Source: Lytechinus pictus (Eukaryota). From it: 64,000 bases of DNA. The stretch is from NCBI RefSeq assembly GCF_037042905.1, contig NC_087250.1, positions 5,334,001 to 5,398,000 on the forward strand. Reading direction: 5' to 3'. This document shows positions 42,490-53,800 of the stretch, one piece after another. The notes beneath the pieces were generated by a model. It was not told the origin of the DNA. It saw only the letters and a list, made by a program, of their open reading frames with translations, and did no database searches. Made by a program: the position numbers and the translations under genes. The stretch's first letter is position 1; each line of letters opens with the position of its first letter.

Positions 42490-43616
42490 CATAAACTCCT
42501 CAAAAAATATTTGGAAATCAGACTTTGATCGATAATTTCTTCTCGGTTTTAGTTAAAATCAATGTGTTTAATATTGATATCACTAAATAGACCATTCAAT
42601 TCTCTTTAAAATGATACCCTACATGATATGATTATTATTCACATGGAGACGCGGTGCCTCGAAATGTGGTGCAAAGTCAAAATCTAAAGTTACAAAATGA
42701 CACAATATATTGAAAGTCACTGATCTTTTTTCCTTGGTGACGAGAGACTTTATCAGCGATTTCTTTTTTTATTCACTTTAACATCAATATTAACACGGAG
42801 TTAAATACACCTCTGAACAAGCAAACTCATAACAAACAAACATGCATGAGTATTAAAAACCACGACTCAAACCATGTTATCTCACAGAATCACCGCTACA
42901 TACACCACAACAAAACATCAAAACTAAACGAGCAGGGGCTTGATTTGAATGGACGCAGGAAAAATAATCATGTCCTTTATTGACTCCTCATGACTATTTC
43001 TGCTCGTTTTGCAGATTTTCAATTCAGACCTCATCCAATACTTTTGAATCCTGCTCTTTGGGAGTTGGGAGAAATTAATGGCCAAACTCATATTTCCAAA
43101 CTTTTTTAGGGGTTTATATATAATATGGGTGTGCGTGTGTGAGTGTAGAAAAGTCAATTGCGTCCCCCTCCCCACCTTTGGGGATATATTTCCGACCATG
43201 GTGGTCACTCTTTGTAGTTTTAAAACCAACTTTCGCCATTTACTTTCTACATGTCGCCTTGTTGAGATCTTTATACAACTTTGCCTATGCGCTTTGATGA
43301 GATTGCGTTACGAAATAAATTGTCACGCCACCTCTACATGTCAATGGTATTTCAAAGCTTTCGTACAGACCTGACCTGAAAATGATACTTTAGCTATGTA
43401 TGCTTGATAGGTGGAAGATTATGACACTTCGGTCTTAATTGTGAACATATATATACATCGCATACATTTGTAGTTCCGACACTTCGTTATTCCGAAGGTT
43501 GGAATATTCCAAGGGTTCGTTATTCAGAAGGTTCGTAATTTCGAAGTTTCGTTAGTCCGAAAACGATATCGTCATACTTCTATATGAATTATAACGAACG
43601 TTTTAAAATCCCTTTA

Positions 43617-44436
43617 CAGTGCGTCCCAGAAAAAAACGAAACCGAGATTTATCGATGATTTATCATAACTTAATCAGAAATAAAATAGACAAGTGACCTA
43701 CCATTGTAAAGCTTAGAATCTACTCTTTCATCTGAAACTACTTACATTATTTTTAATTCACGCACGAATGAGCAAAACAATTTCAAAAGGGGATACCAAA
43801 AAGTCACTTGGCGGGCTGTATCTGGGTTTCGAAAGGAAAACCACATTTTTAAAAAGTTCAATATCTGCTCTTTAATTTGATACCTCAATTACAGAAAATG
43901 GTAAATAAATAACAAAGTTCTGGTTATTTGAAATAAGGCTTGAATTTCAATAATTTCATAAAATGAAGAGGTTTTACAGGCTAGCGTCCAGACTCACTCG
44001 ACACACCGTTTCGTTGACGATCAGCCATGCATTAAGTCTTTTGTTAACCGTGCGATAGCTTCTGTGGGAAACCGGTGAAAACACGTTTATTTAATGAAAT
44101 TATGGAAATACAAGCATTGTTTCAAGGGAACAGAACATTTTTACTTCTCGACCATTTTCTGTGATTAAGGTATCAAATTAAAAAACAGATATTGGGCTTT
44201 TTAGGCATGTGATTTCCTTTTTGAATTTCAGATACCCCCCGCAAAATGAGTTTTTGATTTCCTTTATTCAAATTGTTTTTGCTCACTCATGCGTGAATGA
44301 GAAATAATCTAAGTAATTTCAGATGAAAGAGGAGATTCTAAACTTCACAATGGTAGGTCACTTGTCTATTGTATTTGTGATTAAGTTATGATAAATCATC
44401 GATAAATCTCGGTTTCGTTTTTTCTGGGACGCTCTG
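43617..44436. mobile_element. Tc1/mariner-like MITE with long TIRs
   Basis: TA|CAGTGCGTCCCAGAAAAAAACGAAACCGAGATTTATCGATG ... CATCGATAAATCTCGGTTTCGTTTTTTCTGGGACGCTCTG|TA; arms pair for several hundred bp. Confidence 0.85.
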
Positions 44437-47400
44437 TATATGGCAGTTTACAAAAGATTTCAGCTCGCATTTCGCGCTCGAAGTAATTAGTTATTTCCAT
44501 GCGCGTCTAGATCATGATCAGAAACGTTGCTCAGACTGTTCATTTTTTAGAACAAATTCCGGAAATTTCTATAAGAACTAGATCGCTTCTCGCGTTCGCA
44601 TAATTCAATCAGGGATTATGAGATACAATTATCTTTTTTATTAGAATAAAACTAAGGAGTCACTGTTCGGTCTACTCCTTCACAGCTTTGAGCAGCCGAT
44701 CGGGGAAAATGTGAATGAAATTCGCCCCATGACGAAAACATCAATTTGAGAACACTCTATCCCTGTTTCTCTCTTCATCAATTCCCTTCTCCAAGTACGA
44801 CAAACCCTGACTGCCCCAAGCAAGCAATTTAAGTATCAAAACACCCTGGGGGGTGCTTCATCAATATTGTCGCGCGACAACTGTCAGCGCTGACTAAAAT
44901 TGTCAGCGCTGACAATTTAGTCAGCGCTGACAAAAATTGCATTTCATGAAACTCTCGGAGCTCCTCTGACTATTGTCAGATAATTTTTTTTTACAAATCG
45001 TCTTGAACGAGGTTCGCTGACTAATTAGGCTACGCCCACTCCCAAAGTCGTGAAAAAGATGTAAAATTGGTTGATGTTTTCGCCGCGACGATTCGAAATG
45101 AAACGAAGAAATAAGTAGAAGCGAATGTCCCCGGAGAGGTGAATGAGGATTTTACCGTAAGCAAAACCCTTCAAAATGTCGTTCGTATCCCAGGTAACAA
45201 TACAGCGTTGGACCAACGTTGCATCATCGATAGAAGTGCACGCGCATACATCGTCAGACCAACAACATTTCCAACGTCAGTTCAACGTTGTCCAGCAACA
45301 ATGTTTCAACGTTGTCTGGCAACGTTGATCCAATGTTGGCTAAATAGTCAAATACAACATTGCTACAACGTTGGTAAGCAACGTTGCATCATCGATAGAA
45401 GTGCACGTCCATACATCGTCAGACCAACAACATTTCCAACGTCAGTTCAACGTTGTCCACCATCAATGCTCCAACGTTGGTATAATGTCGGCTGAGTCAT
45501 CAATAACAGCGTTGCTGCAACGTTGATGGGCAATGTTGAAGCAGCGATGGACGTGCACTTGCATACATCGTCAGTCCAACTATGTTTACAACGTTGGTTC
45601 AACGCTGTCCAGCAACAATGCTCCAACGTTGTCTGGCAACATTGCTCCAACATTGTTACAACGTTGTCACAACGTTGCTCCAACATTGCTCCAACGTTAT
45701 TCCAACGTATGGCAGTAATTAACAAAGCATTAATTGGTTTCAAGGTAAAGTCCACCATTACAACTCTACACTCTAATCTTTATCATCATGTCTTATCCTA
45801 TCCTAAAATCCTACATCCTAATCTTATATCCTATTCCTATCATCCTACACCTATCCACTGTATCCTGTCATTGACTCCTATATATAGAGCAACTTTGCTA
45901 TACTTGGCACTTTGGCAGAATACAGTTAATATAATTTTGCACACTTAACCTTTAATATTTCACTTAGAATAATATGTTTTGATTATAAATGTTATGGTAA
46001 TGGAGCCACATACTTTTCTGAAACTTTTCATGGTGGAAATATTGAATAAACATAAATACTCTAATTATTATAGCAATATTACCTAAAATTTTGGTCATTT
46101 ACTGATGTAATGAATATTCATGAGTGCATAATCATTGTCCAGATGAGGCAGGTATGGCAGCGTTGGTTCAATGTTGGTCCAACGTTGGGTGACGTTGATC
46201 CAACGTTGGTATAATGTTGGTCCAATGTTGATGGAAAGTTGATTCAACTTTAGTCCAATGTTAGTCCAACGTTGGCGTAAACGTTGATTCAATGTTTGTC
46301 TAATATCGGTTAAATGTTGTTGTAACGTTGATTCTTTGTTGGTCTAATTTTAAACAAATCCAACGATGCGCCATCTCCATCAAACAATTTTCAACACTGT
46401 GCCTTCATCATTTGTCACCTGTTCATGATTCTATCAAAAAACATTACAACTATTATTACAGCTATTCATTTCTTTTCATTCTTTCTGTTACAAGTCTCTT
46501 CACATAATTAAGAGGAATCAAGAGAATTACGTGTGATATTTATTGAGGCCTCTTTTTCTCAAACAAGACTAATACCAAAAAAACATATGCATATGTAATA
46601 AGAATTAAGATGTATTACATTTTCTTGCGAGTTGCAATCTCTGTTTCTATCTACAATTGTTTAATGACTCGGTATGCAATGCCAATTGCAACGTCAGTAA
46701 TCATCACAAAAACTCACATGTGTAATTGCAGTCTCTCAGTATTTACAAAATCTAAAAAGGAGGTCGCGTAACTTGGCCTCACTCAGAGTAACGTAGCTAC
46801 TGCCTACTGTAACTAAAGAGTGCCTCTTTTCGATTAAGATAGAAGTCAACTGATATCTCAATATGCATGGCCATGGCCTAGTCTCGCTCGTGCCATAACT
46901 ATTAAATGATATTTCAGCGTCAAGTGTAGCATGCCTCACATAGCAACTACAGGTTGGACTGCAGTTGGAAAACACTCGGTCCAGGCTAGGCCAGGCAGGA
47001 CCGACCAGGTCAATTCAAGACAGCGTATAATAAATAAGGCAGGAATGCCAGGTAGCAAGTCATTGGGTGATTTCGAGTACGGTGTACGGTGTTGAGAGCG
47101 TGAAAGGGCTGCTGAACCGAGCTCCAACACCAAGCGTAATATTATTTTTCATTGAAATGTATTAAAACTCTAATGATTTGCTCTCATCCTAAATGTAAAA
47201 GATAATTTTACGGAGATGGTTCGTCGTGTTCGCCCCCTGTTCGTGAGCTACAGTTCATCAACACCAACACTGAACTTTAAATCACGATTCTCCCAATCCC
47301 TGGGGGTCGGTGTTGCTGAATGGGGAAATTGCTTGTAGATCATCAACACCATGCAGCCACAGTGCAGTGTTGGGTTCAGCAGATGACAATCAACACCAGC

Positions 47401-47493
47401 CTTCAACACAAACTGCCGGAAATACACCATATTTTCCGAGGTCAATCTCAACACCAGCCTGATTCAAGTACGGTGTTGTCACAACACCAACAC

Positions 47494-48120
47494 TAACCCA
47501 GGGAGCTCCGGCCCTCTCAGCAGGCCGGAGCCCAGGGGCTTACCGTGTAATTCACCATACCCACAGTAGTAGCGTGAAGTATGGTCTAAATAATTATCCG
47601 AATAAATAGTAAAAACAGAAATTAAGCACTTACCACGATTATATGGATGAAGGTCTAACGAGTGGCAGCTTCCTGACATCGAGGCACAGACTGGAACCTC
47701 AAAAAACGAAAAGTTCTGTCGCGGTAGCTCTCCTTCTTTCAGAATTCATAGCAAAATGGCCGTTCGAGACCGGTACCGAGGGTGTAGGGCGCATGCGCGA
47801 ATTTGACAAAGTCTATATGCGCTAGTGCTATTAGCCTCGGTCTCAATCGGCCATTTTGTTTTGAATTCTGAAAGAGGAAAGCTACCGCGACAGAACTTTT
47901 CGTTTTTTGAGGTTCCAGTCTGTGCCTCGATGTCAGGAAGCTGCCACTCGTTAGACCTTCATCCATATAATCGTGGTAAGTGCTTAATTTCTGTTTTAAC
48001 TATTTATTCGGATAATTATTTAGACCATACTTCACGCTACTACCGTGGGTGTGGTGAATTACACGGTAAGCTCCTGGGCTCCGGCCCGCTGCGCGGGCCG
48101 GAGCTCCCTGGCCTGGGTTA
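47494..48120. repeat. 627-bp palindrome (arms about 280 bp, spacer about 65 bp), possibly a Mutator-like MITE
   Basis: Arms 47494-47771 and 47838-48120 are near-identical inverted copies; CACCAACAC directly flanks both ends (47485-47493 and 48121-48129). Confidence 0.85.
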
Positions 48121-50303
48121 CACCAACACCAGATTTCAACACTGTACTTGAAAATCATCCAATGACTGTTGCCTTGCCCTTGGTATCGCATACTCGTTCC
48201 CACTCACACGTATTGCGAGGTTAGTATTAGTCACTCACACAAGCTAATTACGAGGTTAGTTAGTATGTTATACTGTGCAGTGACTGGTGTTAAGTACTAC
48301 TTTACTACTACTTACATCAATATACTAGCGTCGGACTGTACGCGCACAGAAGCTGACTCCGGGATCTTTCGGAGGGGATCAATGGTTGCAGTTACTGATT
48401 ATCTGCAAGTGCAAAGAAAATTCCACTGTAGATTGTAGGTCCTAAATATGCAGCTTATAAGTACTGTTCCAGGTCACTAGATATTCTGGAATTTAATTGT
48501 CTATGTCCACTATCCAGTCCAAATTCTGCCAGATTCTTCAAGTTCAAAATTGAAGGAAGCAGACTACACACACATGACAGAATGAGTCCGACGTCGCGAC
48601 TTATTCTGCGCATCAGAATAGTATGGTATTTTTAAATAGGCACATTTGATGCTTGTATTTCCTTCTTCAATTTCTTCAAGTTATGTGACGGTAGGCCTAT
48701 GACATATCTCGTACTTACTGTGAAAGGCCTAGCCAGCTGCAAAGGACGAGGGCGTTTCTGGAAATTCTGGTCTTGAACTACATTTTTTTTCTTGTTTTTC
48801 TCCTTTATTTTCTACATTAATCGACACATTTGCATCCCCCGGTGCATGCAGCCTCTCTATTCTACCCCATCTTATTTTTGTTTTCCCCTTAGACTTAGTT
48901 TGAGTTCCTCTTTCCCTTCCCATTATTTCCTTCTCTCTCGATTTCTTTTCCCCTTATTGCTGGGGGATACCAAGGGTGACATGGATAGACAAGCAAACTT
49001 ACTTGATCGACACCCCCCCCCCCCCTTGGCCCCATTGGAAATTATGCGAGTAGTCGTCTGTATATCATTATCAATTCTCCAATGAACCAGTTTCTAACGT
49101 TCTCAACACTGTGTATATTATGCCGGGATATTATGTTGACTGTCAAACAAATATCCAACAAACTATAGTTTCCAACATTGTGTCAATGTTAACTGTCAAC
49201 AACTCTCCAATAAACTATTCCAATTACGCTGTCCACGTTGTGCCATTGTCCGTTGTTCAACAACTCTCCATCAAACTAGTTTCCAACTTTGTCAACGTTG
49301 TGCCATTGTCGACTGTCCAACAAATCTCCAAGAAAATAGTTTCCAACGTTGTTCCTTTGTCGGTTGTTCAGCAACTCTCCATCGAACTAGTTTCCGACGT
49401 AGTCAACGCTGTGCCTTTGTTGGCTGTTCAACACCTATCCAATCAAACACGCGTTTCCAACGTTGTGACGTTGTTGGCCGTGTCCAACAAATCTCCAACA
49501 CACTAGTTTCCAATGTTGTGCAATTGTCTGTTGTTCAACAACTTTCCAACGTTGCCAACGTTGTGTCATCGTCGACTATCCTACTGATCTCCAATCAACC
49601 AGTTTCCAACGTTGTGCCAGTGTCAGTTGTTCAACAACTTTCCATCTAACTAGTTTCCAGCTTTATCAACGTTGTGTCATTGTATACTATCTAACTAATC
49701 TCCAATCTACCAGTTTCCAACGTTGTGCCATCGTCGACTATCCAACAAATCTCCATCGAACTAGTTTCTAGCTTTGACAACGATGTGCCATAGTTGGTTG
49801 TTCAACAACTTTCCATCGAACTTGTTTCCAACGTTGCCAACCTTGTGTCATCGTCGACTATCCAACTAATCTCCAACCTACTAGTTTCCATCGTTGTGCC
49901 ATTGTCGACTGTCCAACAACTCTCCAACTAACAAGTTTCCAACGTTGCCAACGTCGTGTCATTGTTGATTGTTCAACAACTTTCCAGCGAACTAGTTTCC
50001 AACGTTGCCAACGTTGTGCCTTTGCTGGCTGTCAACAACTATCCGATCAAACGTGTCTCCAACGTTGTGACATTGTCGACTGTCCAACAACTCTCCAACT
50101 TACTAGTCTCCAACGTTGTGCCATTGTCGACCGTCCAACAAATCTCCAACAAACTAGTTTCCAACTTTGTCAACGTTGTGCCATTGTCGGTTGTTCAACA
50201 ACTTTCCAGCGAACTAGTTTCCAACGTTGCCAACGTTGTGCCTTTGCTGGCTGTTCAACAACTATCCAATCAAACGTGTTACCAACGTTGTGACATTGTC
50301 GAC

Positions 50304-50639
50304 TGTTAAGACCGTGTCAGCATATACCACGTTGTCACAATAACCACAAAGGAGGCGTATTCTAAAATTAGCTTCCTTTTAATACTTGGAAGTATCTCAG
50401 TAGCGGTGCTAGCTTGTAGCATATATTCAACAACTGTGTGTGAATCCTTCAGTTTTGTATTAAAAAACGAAGAAAACTCGGGATCGACCAAGGTCGATGT
50501 ACCTTCGAACGGTCTTGTTTTAGCTGTGACCTTGCTTTGACCTTGAAGGGTAATTAGTCTAAACTCAAGTACATGCAAAAAACCAAACATTTCAAAAGGC
50601 AACAATATCTGAATATCAAAACTATGTCATTCTATGACA
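50304..50639 (-). repeat. 3' LTR (336 bp)
   Basis: TGTTAAGACC...TCTATGACA on +; matches 56097-56433 except for one A in an A-run. Confidence 0.96.
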
Positions 50640-50652
50640 TCCCAACCCCCTA
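50640..50652 (-). other. Polypurine tract
   Basis: AGGGGGTTGGGA on the - strand directly precedes the 3' LTR. Confidence 0.75.
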
Positions 50653-50833
50653 AGCGTGACGGAATGTCACAAATACAACAATCAATTCTTGCGTTAAAAC
50701 TTTGATAAAAAAGGTTCATTAAAATATAATTGTCCAATGTCCATCTTTTCATCTTTGGCATTTTGAATCATTAGGAGCAATTTGTCCAATGTCTTCATAA
50801 TTGTCCTGTAATTAATATCATCGTTCTCAAAGT

Positions 50834-53800
50834 CTAAATGTCTGAACGTTCCTCTCGCTTCATCAGAGATACAAGTTTAGTGATGGGTCTGTTTGCACAT
50901 GTGCCGTCTGCAAACTTCACTTCAACAATTCTTACCAGTCCATCTTGTCCAGGTTTGGTGTCTACTACTTCGGCCATCTTCCAAGACCCACGTCTTTTGT
51001 CATCACCGATGACAAGGACAATATCGTTCTTCTCCATGTTCTCTGCAGAATGTTGCCACTTCTGACGTGGCGTCAACTTGTGGATGTAGCCAAGCCATCT
51101 ATGCCAAAACCCGTCCACCATTTTATTGCAAAGTTCTCTACGTTTGCGTGGATCTCCTTTGTAGTCTTCACAAGGGATGTCTGGACAGGTCAATTCCCCT
51201 CTACCAATAAGAAAATGATTGGGGGTAATTGGAGGATGGTCCATGGGTGAGGAAGACATCGCAGTCAGGGGGCGGCTATTGATGAGACCTGAGATCCTGC
51301 AGAAGATGGTCTCCCATTCCACAAAGGTTAGACGATCCGCCTTCACAAGATGCCGCATAGCTTTCTTTACTTCCTGGACCATGCGCTCAACCGCTCCTTG
51401 GTGGTGAGGTCCTCCTGGTGGTCCGAACTTCCACTCGATTTTGAAACGTTGACAGTGCTCACGGACCTGTGTTTGGTTGAGTTTAAGATTCAGTTCATTG
51501 ATTGTATTGTCAGCCCCTCGGAAACAAGTGGCATTGTCACTAACCATCATGGCAGGTGCTCCTCTAACACTGACAAACCTTTCCAAGGCTTGAAGGAAAG
51601 CCTGAGTTGAGAGGTCCTGGACAACAGTCAAGTGGACAGCCCTGGTAACTGCACATGTGAATAAAGCACAGTATCCTTTGGTCGTGGTATTACGATTCAG
51701 TTTCACCATTACTGGGCCTAGATAGTCTACCAAGGTGGTCTTGAAGGGTGGAGAACAAGGGCTGATCCGGAACTCTGGTAAATCGGCCATTCTCTGGTGT
51801 GCCGGTCTTCCTCTATATCGTCTGCAAGGGATGCAACAACGAACAACACGTCGTGCGATGTTCATGTCGCCTACTATCCAAATCCTCTTCCTGACCTCAT
51901 TCGCAGTCCGCAAATGACCACCATGAAGGGCATGTAGATGTCTATCACGTACAAGGAGGAAGCTAATGTGGCTATTCTTTGGCAGAAGATAAGGATGGCG
52001 AACATCATACGACAAAGGGGCCCTACCAAGACGTCCGCCAACACGATACACCTGTTGGTCCTCATCAAAGAATGGACTGAGTTTCTGTATATTGGGATCT
52101 TGGAAATATATCCCTTTCTGTGCTTGCCTGACCCAATATAGCTCTGCTTCCTTGATCATTCTTTGGGATGGCCATTCAGAGATCTGCCGGATGAGTTGCT
52201 TCAGCCATTGATTCCGTGGAAGCTCCTTGAGGGATAACACCCTGGCCGTGACCATCTGGAGTCTAGACCAACTAGATAATTTGGTTGCATCAACAATTGG
52301 AGAATTCTTGGACACAGCATTCACAGATAATGCGAAAGTCTTGCTGTTTCGGGAGTGAAATTTCTTCCGTTCAGGATCTCCTGGTTTGACGGGAATGTTT
52401 TCAGGTGTCTTCGGCCATGATTGAGGAGGTAATCTCAAGAATCCTGGTCCATCAATGACCTCCTGCATGTCTGTGACATCGCCTCCTCTAGAAATGAGAT
52501 CAGCTGCATTTTCATCTGTGGGAACGTAGGCGATATCACTGTAGGGGTCAAATTCAGAAGTGATCTCACCAACTCGATGGGCAACATATGAGCGGAAGGT
52601 TTTCGATTGCCCTCTTAGCCAACTTATCACCGTCATGCTGTCTGTCCATATCTTCCATCCTTCTATGTTGAGGCGTAGAGCACTTCGGATGGTGTACATC
52701 AATCTGGATAGAAGGAGAAGAGCTTGTAACTCCTTCCGAGGCATACTTGTTTGCTTTAGTGGCGTCACCCTAGACCTGGCACAGACAAAGGATAAATGAG
52801 CTTGTTGACTGTCAGTATGGGACCATCTCAGCCAAACTGTGAAACCCATAGCGTCCTCCGATGCATCGCTAAAACCATGCATATATGCTGTAGGTAGAGG
52901 TCTCTTTCCCCTGTAAGGCTCCGGTATCAGACATCTTGGAATCTCAATGCCATCCATTTTGTCAAGGTCTCTGTTAATCTTACTCATCATGGCATACAAT
53001 TCACTGCTTTTGTCAATAGGGGAGTCCCAGTCAAGGTCTATTTGCCATAACATTTGAAGAAGAATCTTGGGGCGTACCAACAGACCAGAAAGCATTCCAA
53101 AAACATCGTAATAGGATGCCGTTTGAGCAAGAATCTTCCGTTTGGTCAGGGTAGTATCGTCAGAGGGTTTGACCTTCTTCACGCTCAGTGTATCCTTAGA
53201 TAGATCCCAACTGGTTCCAAGAACTGTAGCAGTTTCAGTGTTTTCTGTCTCGTCACATACCTTTTTCACATTAGATTGCCACTTCCTTATGTTGAAGTTT
53301 CCCTTCTTCAGCGTGTCCGTCAATTTAGACTTCAGCTCCAGAGCTTCCTCAGTGGTCCTGACTGACTCATTCAGGTCGTCCATATAGAATTGCTCCGTGA
53401 TTACTTTCTGTAGTTTGTCTTCATCCGGTGCATGTTCACTAGCCACATGTCTGAGAGTGACTATTGCTGCAGTAGGGGAGGGCTTGTCCCCAAATGTAAC
53501 GGTCCTCAGTTCATAGACTTGCATTGGGTAATTTGGATTTTCTCTAAACACAAATCTGTGGAATCTAGCATCATCTGGGGGAATCTTGATCGCCTGGAAC
53601 ATCTTCGAAATGTCAGCGATCACGCCCACTTCATTTTCACGAAACCGGAGGGCTACCTCAAACAGATTTGAGTTGACGTTCTCTCCTTTGATAAGATAAT
53701 CATTCAGGGAATGTCCTTGAAATTTCGCCTTACCGTCATATACAACACGGACTGGAGTAGTTTTTGAGTCTTTGACAACTGCGAAGTGTGGAAGGAACCA

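Noticed and set aside
49111..50309. ORFs with VSNVVPLS repeats
   Set aside because: They are translations of the CAACGTTG array and are interrupted by stops.
50640..50833. env-like gene in the BEL element
   Set aside because: Only about 190 bp lie between the pol stop and the 3' LTR, leaving no room for one.
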